Below the pieces are notes generated by a model, which did not search any database, had not been told where the DNA came from, and saw nothing but the letters and a program-made list of their open reading frames with translations. A program made the position numbers and the translations under genes. From the NCBI GenBank assembly GCA_965198005.1, contig CBDAOI010000004.1, forward strand, positions 160,001-224,000: a stretch of DNA of 64,000 bases. Direction: 5' to 3'. The stretch's first letter is position 1. Each line of letters begins with the position of its first letter. Shown here piece by piece: positions 9,938-20,118 of the stretch. Source of the DNA: Spirochaetia bacterium (GTDB taxonomy: Bacteria; Spirochaetota; Spirochaetia; SZUA-6; Bin103).

Positions 9938-10286
9938 CTCCCTGGGTTTGGAAGGCCGTCAGGGGGCCGCTATGAGGCCGACGCGGACGCCGAGCGGCCC
10001 GCTGCCGGCCAATCGGCGGTGAATGCCGGCCCTGAACGGGTCCGAGTGCCGGGATCGTCGGCGTAGCGGCGCGCATGCTGGCGCGCGGGCGGCGAACTCG
10101 ACCGGCAGCCGCGCGGCAGGCAGCCGGCTTGGAACAGCAACCCGACGACCGCACGCGGCGGGGCCTTCGATTGCTGGTCCAGGTGGGAGCCGGGGTGGCG
10201 GACCGCGCGGCGTCAGCGGTGTCAGCGGTGGTGGGAAACGGCTTTGACGGGCACTTTGCGGGATTCCGGGGGGTACCCTGGGGTAT

Positions 10287-12202
10287 GAGCGCCAGGCTAA
10301 CTGGCATATGACAGAGGGTGAAAGTCCCTCGGAACGAAGGAGCAGCCAATCCACGTTTCTCCGCGAGCCGTGCGTTGGCACCTGCGAGGGTGCAGGCGAA
10401 GCGTCGGCAGCGGTGCGTGCGGGCAGAGTTATGGAGCGCCGCAAAATACGACATCTGGAGTGCCGAGACTCTGTACTCGGTCGAAGGCAACACCGGTCGA
10501 GCCAGTATGGTGAGGATCGACCGGGCTCCACGGCGTCGAAGAACTCAGGCACGTACGTACGTCATATACCGGGACCTGGGAGGTCTTCGGGTCGTCCCGG
10601 CGAGTCGTCGCCGGGACCGCGGAGGGAAGGCGTGAGGCTGGACCAAAGATGAACGACCCGAAGGAGTCGGACATGGGCATAGTAGCGGCGAAGCCGGCGA
10701 ACAAGGGAGCGCAAGCGACTGCGGAGACGGTGGAGCGAAGGCCCATGACCAACGGGAATTCGCAAGGTCAAAGCACGGGCCGGACGCAGAGTCGGGCAAC
10801 CGTGACACAGGCGGCCGAGCGGATACGGCAATTCGTAAAGAGAGAACCGCAGGAGAAACTCACTGCGCTGCTGCACCACGTGACGCCGGAAGCGCTGCGG
10901 GTGGCCTATTACGCGCTGAAGCGTGAAGCGGCCCCGGGGGTGGACGGGATGACGTGGCGGGAGTACGAGACGGGGTTGGAAGTGCGCTTGCACGACCTGC
11001 ACCGGCGAGTACACACAGGAGCGTACCGAGCGACCCCGGTACGGCGGGTCAACATCGACAAGCCGGACGGAGGCACACGACCGCTGGGGGTGGCCGCGCT
11101 GGAGGACAAGATCGTCCAGAAGGCCGTGGTGGATGTGATCCTGACACCGATCTATGAGGAGGAATTTCTCGGGATCAGCTATGGGTTTCGACCGGGGCGC
11201 GGGGCACACGATGCGTTGGACGCACTGGCCTACGCCATCGAACGGCGCAAAGTGAACTGGATATTGGACGCGGACATTCGCGCCTACTTCGATTCGATCT
11301 CGCGGGACTGGTTGATCAGATTCCTGGAGCATCGGATTGGAGATCGGCGGGTGCTGCGGCTGATAAAGAAGTGGCTGCGCGCTGGGGTACTGGAAGAAGG
11401 CCGACAGATCGACGCGGGGCGGGGTACAGCGCAAGGGTCGGTGATTTCACCGATGCTCGCGAATATATACTTGCACTACGTGTTGGACCTGTGGGTCACC
11501 AAGAAGTGGCGGCCGCAGGAGGCGCGCGGAGACATGATCATAGTGCGCTACGCAGATGACTATGTCGCCGGGTTTGAATACCGGGACGATGCGGAACGCT
11601 TCCTGCGGGAACTGAAGGAGCGATTCAGAGGCTTCGAGCTGGAACTGAACGCCGACAAGACCCGACTCCTCGAGTTTGGACGGTATGCCGAAAGGAACCG
11701 CCGAGCACGTGGGGAAGGGCGACCGGAGACGTTCGACTTTCTGGGTTTCACGCATTATTGCAGGAAGGACAGGAAAGGACGCTTCGGGCTGGGGCGGAAG
11801 CCAATTCGGAAGCGGATGAATCGTACGCTGAAGAGGATCAAGATCGAGCTCCGCAGACGCATGCATGATGACGTGATGGAAACCGGGCGCTGGCTGGGAC
11901 GGGTACTGCGCGGATGGCTCAACTACTACGCGGTACCCACCAGCTACCGCTACCTGCACCGATTCGTGTGGCGTCTGCGAGGAATCTGGGTAAAGATTCT
12001 ACGCCGGAGGTCCCAGAAGGACCGATTCTCCTGGGCTTGGATGCTGGCGATCAGCATCAAGCTGTGGCCCCAACCCCGAATCGTACACTCATGGCCGGAC
12101 CGGCGATTTGCCGTCAACCACCGAAGGTAGGAGCCGGATGGTTTAACGACCACGTCCGGATCTGTGCGGGGGGCGCCGGGTAACCGGCGTTCCTACCGCG
12201 CC
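10287..12202 (+). mobile_element. Group II intron copy 2
   Basis: 1916 bp, near-identical to copy 1, same target site. Confidence 0.92.
10649..12130 (+). CDS. ltrA: Group II intron reverse transcriptase/maturase
   Basis: As copy 1, with DIRAYFD and FEYRDD variants. Confidence 0.95.
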   Translation: MNDPKESDMGIVAAKPANKGAQATAETVERRPMTNGNSQGQSTGRTQSRATVTQAAERIRQFVKREPQEKLTALLHHVTPEALRVAYYALKREAAPGVDGMTWREYETGLEVRLHDLHRRVHTGAYRATPVRRVNIDKPDGGTRPLGVAALEDKIVQKAVVDVILTPIYEEEFLGISYGFRPGRGAHDALDALAYAIERRKVNWILDADIRAYFDSISRDWLIRFLEHRIGDRRVLRLIKKWLRAGVLEEGRQIDAGRGTAQGSVISPMLANIYLHYVLDLWVTKKWRPQEARGDMIIVRYADDYVAGFEYRDDAERFLRELKERFRGFELELNADKTRLLEFGRYAERNRRARGEGRPETFDFLGFTHYCRKDRKGRFGLGRKPIRKRMNRTLKRIKIELRRRMHDDVMETGRWLGRVLRGWLNYYAVPTSYRYLHRFVWRLRGIWVKILRRRSQKDRFSWAWMLAISIKLWPQPRIVHSWPDRRFAVNHRR

Positions 12203-13269
12203 CTCCCTGGGTTTGGAAGGCCGTCAGGGGGCCGCTATGAGGCCGCGAGCGGCCCGCTGCCGGCCAATCGGCCGTGAATGCCGGCCCTGAACGGGTCCGA
12301 GTGCCGGGATCGTCGGCGTAGCGGCGCGCATGCTGGCGCGCGGGCGGCGAACTCGACCGGCAGCCGCGCGGCAGGCAGCCGGCTTGGAACAGCAACCCGA
12401 CGACCGCACGCGGCGGGGCCTTCGATTGCTGGTCCAGGTGGGAGCCGGGGTGGCGGACCGGGCGGCGTCAGCGGTGTCAGCGGTGGTGGGAAACGGCTTT
12501 GACGGGCATTTTGCGGGATTCCGGGGGGTGCCCTGGGGTATCTCCCTGGGTTTGGAAGGCCGTCAGGGGGCCGCCATGAGGCCGACTCGGACGCCGAGCG
12601 GCCCGCTGCCGGCCAATCGGCCGTGAATGCCGGCCCTGGAGGGGTCCGAGTGCCGAGATCGTCGCCGCGGCGGCGCTCGTGCTGCCGCTCCTGTCCGAGC
12701 AGCCTCGAGCGCCGCGATGGCCGCAGCAACGGCCCATTCCCCCCGCGTGCGGCGACTGACGGAGCAGCGGCTCGACGTTCAAGGAGGTCTGCCGTCGTTA
12801 GCTGTCCTGGAGGTGGCTGCGACCCGACCAGGCTGGGCTGCGGGCGGTGGCGGCGCGGTCAATACGGAGCCAGCGGTGCCGGGAATCGGCGTTGACGGGT
12901 GTTGCCGGGGGTGCCCCAGGCTACCCCCGAGGGGCTGGAAGGCCCTCAGGGGGCCGCTATGAGGCCGCGAGCGGTCCGTTGCCGGCCAATCGGCGGTGAA
13001 TGCCGGCCCTGAACGGGTCCGAGTGCCGGGATCGTCGGCGTAGCGGCGCGCATGCTGCCGCGCGGTCGGCGAACTCGACCGGCAGCGGTGCGGCAGGCAG
13101 AGGCAGCCGGCTTGGAACAGCAACCCGACGACCGCACGCGGCGGGGCCTTCGATTGCTGGTCCAGGTGGGAGTCGGGGTGGCGGACCGCGCGGCGTCAGC
13201 GGTGTCAGCGGTGGTGGGAAACGGCTTTGACGGGCACTTTGCGGGATTCCGGGGGGTACCCTGGGGTAT

Positions 13270-15185
13270 GAGCGCCAGGCTAACTGGCATATGACAGAGG
13301 GTGAAAGTCCCTCGGAACGAAGGAGCAGCCAATCCACGTTTCTCCGCGAGCCGTGCGTTGGCACCTGCGAGGGTGCAGGCGAAGCGTCGGCAGCGGTGCG
13401 TGCGGGCAGAGTTATGGAGCGCCGCAAAATACGACATCTGGAGTGCCGAGATTCTGTACTCGGTCGAAGGCAACACCGGTCGAGCCAGTATGGTGAGGAC
13501 CGACCGGGCTCCACGGCGTCGAAGAACTCAGGCACGTACGTACGTCATATACCGGGACCTGGGAGGTCTTCGGGTCGTCCCGGCGGGTCGTCGCCGGGAC
13601 CGCGGAGGGAAGGCGTGAGGCTGGACCGAAGATGAACGACCCGAAGAAGTCGGACATGGGCATAGTAGCGGCGAAGCCGGCGAACAAGGGAGCGCAAGCG
13701 ACTGCGGAGACGGTGGAGCGAAGGCCCATGACCAACGGGAATTCGCAAGGTCAAAGCACGGGCCGGACGCAGAGTCGGGCAACCGTGACACAGGCGGCCG
13801 AGCGGATACGGCAATTCGTAAAGAGAGAACCGCAGGAGAAACTCACTGCGCTGCTGCACCACGTGACGCCGGAAGCGCTGCAGGTGGCCTATTACGCGCT
13901 GAAGCGCGAAGCGGCCCCGGGGGTGGACGGGATGACGTGGCGGGAGTACGAGACGGGGTTGGAAGTGCGCTTGCACGACCTGCACCGGCGAGTACACACA
14001 GGAGCGTACCGAGCGACCCCGGTACGGCGGGTCAACATCGACAAGCCGGACGGAGGCACACGACCGCTGGGGGTGGCCGCGCTGGAGGACAAGATCGTCC
14101 AGAAGGCCGTGGTGGATGTGATCCTGACACCGATCTATGAGGAGGAATTTCTCGGGATCAGCTATGGGTTTCGACCGGGGCGAGGGGCACACGATGCGTT
14201 GGACGCACTGGCCTACGCCATCGAACGGCGCAAAGTGAACTGGATATTGGACGCGGACATCCGGGCCTACTTCGATTCGATCTCGCGGGACTGGTTGATC
14301 AGATTCCTGGAGCATCGGATTGGAGATCGGCGGGTACTGCGGCTGATAAAGAAGTGGCTGCGCGCTGGGGTACTGGAAGAAGGCCGACAGATCGACGCGG
14401 GGCGGGGTACAGCGCAAGGGTCGGTGATTTCACCGATGCTCGCGAATATCTATCTGCACTACGTGTTGGACCTGTGGGTCACCAAGAAGTGGCGGCCGCA
14501 GGAGGCGCGCGGAGACATGATCATAGTGCGCTACGCAGATGACTACGTTGCCGGGTTTGAATACCGGGACGATGCGGAACGCTTCCTGCGGGAACTGAAG
14601 GAGCGATTCAGAGACTTCGAGCTGGAACTGAACGCCGACAAGACCCGACTCCTCGAGTTTGGACGGTATGCCGAAAGGAACCGCCGAGCACGTGGGGAAG
14701 GGCGACCGGAGACGTTCGACTTTCTGGGCTTCACGCATTATTGCAGGAAGGACAGGAAAGGACGCTTCGGGCTGGGGCGGAAGCCAATTCGGAAGCGGAT
14801 GAATCGTACCCTGAAGAGGATCAAGATCGAGCTCCGCAGACGCATGCATGATGACGTGATGGAAACCGGGCGCTGGCTGGGACGGGTACTGCGCGGATGG
14901 CTCAACTACTACGCGGTACCCACCAGCTACCGCTACCTGCACCGATTCGTGTGGCGTCTGCGAGGAATCTGGGTAAAGATTCTACGCCGGAGGTCCCAGA
15001 AGGACCGATTCTCCTGGGCTTGGATGCTGGCGATCAGCATCAAGCTGTGGCCCCAACCCCGAATCGTACACTCATGGCCGGACCGGCGATTTGCCGTCAA
15101 CCACCGAAGGTAGGAGCCGGATGGTTTAACGACCACGTCCGGATCTGTGCGGGGGGCGCCGGGTAACCGGCGTTCCTACCGCGCC
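13270..15185 (+). mobile_element. Group II intron copy 3
   Basis: 1916 bp, same target site, additional SNPs. Confidence 0.92.
13632..15113 (+). CDS. ltrA: Group II intron reverse transcriptase/maturase
   Basis: Same motifs; intact ORF. Confidence 0.95.
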   Translation: MNDPKKSDMGIVAAKPANKGAQATAETVERRPMTNGNSQGQSTGRTQSRATVTQAAERIRQFVKREPQEKLTALLHHVTPEALQVAYYALKREAAPGVDGMTWREYETGLEVRLHDLHRRVHTGAYRATPVRRVNIDKPDGGTRPLGVAALEDKIVQKAVVDVILTPIYEEEFLGISYGFRPGRGAHDALDALAYAIERRKVNWILDADIRAYFDSISRDWLIRFLEHRIGDRRVLRLIKKWLRAGVLEEGRQIDAGRGTAQGSVISPMLANIYLHYVLDLWVTKKWRPQEARGDMIIVRYADDYVAGFEYRDDAERFLRELKERFRDFELELNADKTRLLEFGRYAERNRRARGEGRPETFDFLGFTHYCRKDRKGRFGLGRKPIRKRMNRTLKRIKIELRRRMHDDVMETGRWLGRVLRGWLNYYAVPTSYRYLHRFVWRLRGIWVKILRRRSQKDRFSWAWMLAISIKLWPQPRIVHSWPDRRFAVNHRR

Positions 15186-15389
15186 CTCCCCGGGTTTGGA
15201 AGGCCGTCAGGGGGCCGCTATGAGGCCGACTCGGACGCCGAGCGCCCCGCCGCCGGCCAATCGGCCGTGAATGCCGGCCCTGAACGGGTCCGAGTGCCGA
15301 GATCGTCGCCGCGGCGGCGCTCGTGCTGCCGCTTCTGTCCGAGCAGCCTCGAACTCAACCGGCGAGCGGCTCGCGGTTGCACCTCCGGA

Positions 15390-15997
15390 GCGCCGCGACG
15401 GCCAAGCCGGAGGGTCACACCAGCCTGTACCAGGATATCGACGGGCTGCGCCGCGGTCGGCTGCTGGACCACCGCTGCACCATCGACGCGACCGGGGACC
15501 GGCATGAATACGAGTGGGTTACCGGGGTGCCGCTGAACGGCAACCCCCGCAGTCCCAAGATCAACTTCGTGCACTACCGCATCGTACGTGCGGGCACGCC
15601 CACCTATCAAAACGCCTGGGTGACCGACTTGGTGCCCAGCGCTGGCAGCGTGGCGCGGATCGTGCGTGCGGGACGAGCACGCTGGAAGATCGAGAACGAG
15701 GGGTCGATACGCTGAAGCGCTGAAGCGCTGAAGAACCAGGGCTATCACCTGGAGCACAACTTCGGCCACGGTGACAAGTACTTGTCGGAGGCGTTCTTCG
15801 TGCCGGGCCTGCTGGCCTGTTTCATGCACCGGATATTCGAGCTGGTGGACGGTCTGTATCAGCAGGTGCGGGCTGGGTTCGGGTCGCGCCGGGAGTTCTG
15901 GGGCGCGATTCGCGCCACGTTCCGGCTATTCCTGTTCCGGTCGTGGGACCAGGTGCTGGTGCGGATGAATTCGCCGCCGCAGCCGCTGTCCGGGTAG
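15390..15997 (+). pseudogene. DDE transposase (ISNCY-like) C-terminal half, frameshifted
   Basis: WVTDL..GRARWKIENEG / TLKNQGYHLEHNFGHG; cgctgaag x3 at 15710-15733. Confidence 0.8.
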
Positions 15998-16241
15998 CCG
16001 CTCCCTGGGGAACTGAACCTGCTCCCTGAACGATCCCTGACTGGGGCTGCGGCGCAGGTGTGCCGGCGGCGCGCGGGCAACCGGCCCCGAAGGGCCGATC
16101 GCCGCACCGCGCCAGCCCGCGGCATCGGCCGAGCGGCGGTGGCTGACGGTGGTCAGGTCATCGCACGGGGCTGCATGACGGTGGCTAAATACGTCACCTG
16201 CAATCAGTTACAGAATTTCTGCCGGGTCGGGCCGTGGGTGC

Positions 16242-16535
16242 ATTCACTCGGTGGGCCAACAGGTGGGCATGGTCGCGTTTCACACTCGGAGGGCTTGAGC
16301 TTATGACAGGGCTTGCGATCTCGCCCTCGAAACTTTTCTGTAACCTTTCGGCGCCCAATGTTGCCATATCTGTTTACGATGCACCTCTGCCCCCCGTTCT
16401 CCGAGAATCGCTGTCGCGCCGTGCGGGTGCTTGCCTCCCACGGGAAGAATGGGTATATTGAAGTCGTGTATTCACTTGGTGGGCCAACAGGTGGGCATGG
16501 TCGCGTTTCACACTCGGAGGGCTTGAGCTTATGAC
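16242..16535 (+). repeat. Two 66-bp direct repeats (16242-16307, 16470-16535)
   Basis: attcactYggtgggccaacaggtgggcatggtcgcgtttcacactcggagggcttgagcttatgac. Confidence 0.95.
16431..16459 (+). promoter_or_regulatory. Sigma70-like promoter
   Basis: TTGCCT-17bp-TATATT; same at 30401-30429. Confidence 0.55.
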
Positions 16536-16584
16536 CCTCTGCCCCTCTACCAGCGGTTCCCCGAGAATCGCTGCTGTTTGCCTG

Positions 16585-16614
16585 TTGACTTGTTTGCCGC
16601 AGGCGTGCCATACT
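16585..16614 (+). promoter_or_regulatory. Sigma70-like promoter with extended -10
   Basis: TTGACT-18bp-CATACT preceded by TGn; same at 30555-30584. Confidence 0.5.
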
Positions 16615-16715
16615 AAAAGCCTCGGGTTTGAACGGATGCAAAAGATGGGTGATAACACTACTCAGCACTGCCACCGGTTAGCGGCAACGCAGCCGGCGCG
16701 TCCTATCCTCGCCTA

Positions 16716-16743
16716 CCCCCCCCCCCCCCCCCCCCCCCCCCCC
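16716..16743 (+). repeat. C28 homopolymer
   Basis: Direct count; the paralogous site is C8. Confidence 0.9.
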
Positions 16744-16914
16744 GGCGGGAGCTCCAAGAATTCGTTTCGCGGGGGTTGAAAAATGGTGAGGAGTCCCCCG
16801 CGTGGCGTTGTGACGCAGGTCCCGACGTCCGCCGAGCGGTGGGCGTTTGCATGATGGGGCGCGCACGCGGGTCCCATCTTACGTCAGCCATCCGGCAGGG
16901 CACCCTGTGCCCCA

Positions 16915-17085
16915 AGAAGGAGGTGAAGATGATACTGAAAGAACCGCACGCGCGCGCGGCGTGAGCCCGGGTGAACCCGGTGAGTCACACGCCGCGCGCT
17001 TGAGGAATCTGACTCAGACTGGCCGTCCGCGTTGCGGGCGCGAGAGTAGCCAGGGAGCGGCAGGCCGCTACGCAATACTCTCAAG
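16915..17085 (+). promoter_or_regulatory. Structured 5' leader (type A) with short uORF
   Basis: aggaggtg + MILKEPHARAA*, hairpin 16952-16999, gagagta/tactctc stem; conserved at 31115-31285. Confidence 0.5.
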
Positions 17086-17091
17086 ATCAAA

Positions 17092-18906
17092 ATGATGGAC
17101 AAAACAATGAAAATCTTATTTAGAATGACCTTCGCGGTCGCGTTGGTCATGGTGCTGACCGCAACCGGCCTCTGGGCCGGCGCTGCCAGCGAAGAGGAGC
17201 CGGCGGCCGCCGCCGACAAGAAGTATGTAACCGACCCCACTACCGGCAAGGTGGTGAGCGCGCCAGAGTATGGCGGGACACTCACCTATGCCAAGATCGG
17301 CATGCCAACTTCGAGTACTGACGCTTGGACCGATGGTGGCGTTGTGGGATATCTCTTCCTCAGTCACACTCTAGAGAAGCTAGCCATCGGGAACTGGGCG
17401 ATAGATCGAGAAGAACATGGCTGGAATACAACGGCCGTACCTCTATGGAGCTTAAATGGGGCGCTGGCGGAAAGTTGGGAGATTTCCCCAGATGGACTCA
17501 CCTATACCTTCAAAATCCGACAGGGCGTCTACTGGCATGATAAGGCACCGATGAACGGTCGGGAGCTAACTGCCGATGATATCGTATATAACTATCACCG
17601 TTATTTGGGTCTGGGCAGTGGCTTCACCGAACCTAGCCCCCATTTTGGGGGTCTCGTCGTTCTGCCATTCGAATCGATAACGGCCACCGACAAATATACG
17701 GTTGTCATGAAGCTGGAGGAGCCACGCCTCTTTGCGATGGGTGATATCGTCGACTACTATATGGGTTATATGTATCCCCCGGAGGTAATCAAGGAACACG
17801 GAGACGCTAAGGACTGGAGGAACTTGGTCGGCACCGGGCCCTATATGATAACTGACTTGGTCAAGGGCAGCTCGGTGACCTATACCAAGAATCCTGACTA
17901 CTGGGGCTACGACGAAAAATACCCGGAGAACCGCCTGCCCTATATTGACCAGTTAGAGTTCCTGGTTATGCCAGAGGAGGCGACACGCCTGGCGGCACTG
18001 CGCGCGGGTACGCTTGATGTCATGGGTCGCAACGGCAACGCTTCAATACAGTCTATCGACGTACTAGAGAGTCTCCAGCGGACCAACCCCGAAATCGTGT
18101 TGTGGAAGTTTCCTTGGCGGTCGGATACTTCTTTTCATCTTAACGTGAGTAAGCCGCCCTTTGACGACATCAATGTGCGCAGGGCAATGCAGATGGCACT
18201 AGACCTTGGGACAATTAACGCTACCTACTGGAAGGGTTATGGATCTACCAGACCTCAGGGGACAGTTGCCGATGATGCGAAAGGGTGGGTCCTCCCATTT
18301 GAAGAGTGGCCGGAAGCGGTCAAGAAAGTCCATACCTATGACCCGACAGGTGCAGAAGCGTTGCTTGATGCGGCTGGATATAGACGTGGCGCCGACGGCA
18401 CTAGATTCAAGACCCTGGTCAACGTCTATGAGGCGCACGATGCGACCTTTGCAGAACTAGCCGCTGCATACTGGGGTGACATTGGCGTTGATGTCGAGAT
18501 TCAGATAACTCCAGGAGCTGAGTTTGTCGCCGCGAAAAAGGGCGGACTTTATGAAATGCTCTCTGGGACAACAGCCATCAGGGTGAGTGCTCCGTCACCA
18601 AACCAATATTGGTCGGGCAATCCACATAACCCTTCCTATGTCAAGGATCCGAATTATGACGCCATGTACGACGCCTGGCAGGAAGCTGACACTATTGAGG
18701 AGGCGCAGAGGTGGATGAAAGAGGCAAATATGTACGTGGAAGAAAGGCACTGGAGCCTATGGGGTGGCGAACTCCCACAGTGGAACGTGAGCCAGCCGTG
18801 GGTCATGGGTTATAACGGTGAAGTCTGGTTGGGAATGGGTCAACAAGATAACTTCTTCGCCCGCCTCTGGATTGATAGTGAGCTGAAGGAAGCAATGGGT
18901 CATTAG
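17092..18906 (+). CDS. ABC transporter substrate-binding protein, family 5 (A1)
   Basis: Signal peptide, PEYGG, LAESWE, GTGPY, PFDDINVRRAM. Confidence 0.92.
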   Translation: MMDKTMKILFRMTFAVALVMVLTATGLWAGAASEEEPAAAADKKYVTDPTTGKVVSAPEYGGTLTYAKIGMPTSSTDAWTDGGVVGYLFLSHTLEKLAIGNWAIDREEHGWNTTAVPLWSLNGALAESWEISPDGLTYTFKIRQGVYWHDKAPMNGRELTADDIVYNYHRYLGLGSGFTEPSPHFGGLVVLPFESITATDKYTVVMKLEEPRLFAMGDIVDYYMGYMYPPEVIKEHGDAKDWRNLVGTGPYMITDLVKGSSVTYTKNPDYWGYDEKYPENRLPYIDQLEFLVMPEEATRLAALRAGTLDVMGRNGNASIQSIDVLESLQRTNPEIVLWKFPWRSDTSFHLNVSKPPFDDINVRRAMQMALDLGTINATYWKGYGSTRPQGTVADDAKGWVLPFEEWPEAVKKVHTYDPTGAEALLDAAGYRRGADGTRFKTLVNVYEAHDATFAELAAAYWGDIGVDVEIQITPGAEFVAAKKGGLYEMLSGTTAIRVSAPSPNQYWSGNPHNPSYVKDPNYDAMYDAWQEADTIEEAQRWMKEANMYVEERHWSLWGGELPQWNVSQPWVMGYNGEVWLGMGQQDNFFARLWIDSELKEAMGH

Positions 18907-19098
18907 GGGTTTGAGCCCTTGTGGCTGAGCTCAGGGGAAGAGGGAGCTGGGAGCCTGTCGCTTGCAAGCGCGCCTCCCGGCTCCCATACTCATTGGATGA
19001 TGGGAGGGCAACCAGAAGACGCAACCATTTGAAATTACTCTGGTATGGTTGGCAATGAAGAAAGAAATGACGGGCGAAATTGCAATGAGGTGTGTCAC

Positions 19099-20100
19099 AT
19101 GCGAGCCTATATCATCAGGCGTTTATTGCTGATAATCCCCACCTTGTTCATATTGACCATCCTGGTCTTTCTCGCGGTCCGCTTCATCCCCGGCGATGTC
19201 GTAGACCTAATAATTAGTTTTATGTGGTGGGATGGGCAAGCAGAAATAGACCGTGAAGCTGTTGAGCGGATGCTGGGATTAGACGTGCCTGTCTACGTGC
19301 AGTACGTACGCTGGATAGGAGTGTTGCCGACCCCTGACTGGCTTACCGGTGAGTCCCGCTACAATGGTATCCTCCAGGGCACCCTTGGCGAGTCACTGAT
19401 GGGCGCTGGGGCGGTGGGGGAGAACATATTAGATAGACTGCCGGTAACCATTGAGCTTGGTGTCATGGCAATCGTAATCGGGCTCGTGATAGCCCTGCCA
19501 GTCGGCATCTACTCGGCGATACGCCAGGATACGGCTGCCGATTACACGGGGCGCGCCGCGGCCATCATCGGCCTGGCGGCGCCCAACTTCTGGCTGGCCC
19601 TCATGGTCATGATCTATCCTTCGATCTGGTGGGGCTGGGCGCCTCCGATGAGGTGGGTTCCCTTTGCCGAAGACCCGCTCGGCAATCTCAGGTTATTCAT
19701 CATTCCAAGCCTGATTCTGGGGACGGCCGGTGCCGCCGGCACCATGCGGCTGATGCGCACCACGATGCTCGAAGTGCTCAGGCAGGACTATGTCAGAACG
19801 GCGTGGGCCAAAGGTCTCAAAGAGCGGGCAGTCATCGTGAGACACGCCCTCAAAAATGCGCTCATACCGGTAATCACCCTGATAGGCTTGCAGCTGCCAA
19901 TCTTGGTGGGTGGATCGGTCATCATAGAGAACATATTCAACCTCCCCGGGTTGGGTCGTCTCTTTCTCGATGCACTCAATGGCAGAGACTACCTGATGGT
20001 CTCAGGAGTAAACCTGGTGTTCGGCGTCGCGGTCTTGGGGAGTAATCTGATGATCGACCTGATTTATCCCTATCTGGACCCCAGAGTCCGGTATCAATAG
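19099..20100 (+). CDS. ABC permease, OppB/DppB-like
   Basis: MRAYIIRRLL.., QDYVRTAWAKGL (EAA loop), LDPRV. Confidence 0.92.
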   Translation: MRAYIIRRLLLIIPTLFILTILVFLAVRFIPGDVVDLIISFMWWDGQAEIDREAVERMLGLDVPVYVQYVRWIGVLPTPDWLTGESRYNGILQGTLGESLMGAGAVGENILDRLPVTIELGVMAIVIGLVIALPVGIYSAIRQDTAADYTGRAAAIIGLAAPNFWLALMVMIYPSIWWGWAPPMRWVPFAEDPLGNLRLFIIPSLILGTAGAAGTMRLMRTTMLEVLRQDYVRTAWAKGLKERAVIVRHALKNALIPVITLIGLQLPILVGGSVIIENIFNLPGLGRLFLDALNGRDYLMVSGVNLVFGVAVLGSNLMIDLIYPYLDPRVRYQ

Positions 20101-20118
20101 AGCGAGTAGATCGTGGAA

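Larger units (their letters stand above)
7668..15385. repeat. Tandem array of ~340-380-bp non-coding units joined by imperfect palindromic junctions, interrupted by three introns
   Basis: Units 7759-8021, 9938-10286, 12203-12541, 12542-~12920, ~12921-13269, 15186-~15385 share the head ggaaggccStcagggggccgctatgaggccg; complete units end in ttgacggg..ggggtRccc. Confidence 0.9.

Noticed and set aside
8384-15113. RTs as DGR, retron or defence RTs
   Set aside because: Maturase domain, DV/DVI directly after the stop codon and precise insertion into an empty-site sequence identify group II introns; no TR/VR pair with adenine-specific differences was seen
7668-15385. Array as CRISPR or integron
   Set aside because: Units are ~350 bp and mostly repeated rather than unique spacers; no cas or intI gene, no attC core boxes, no cassette ORFs
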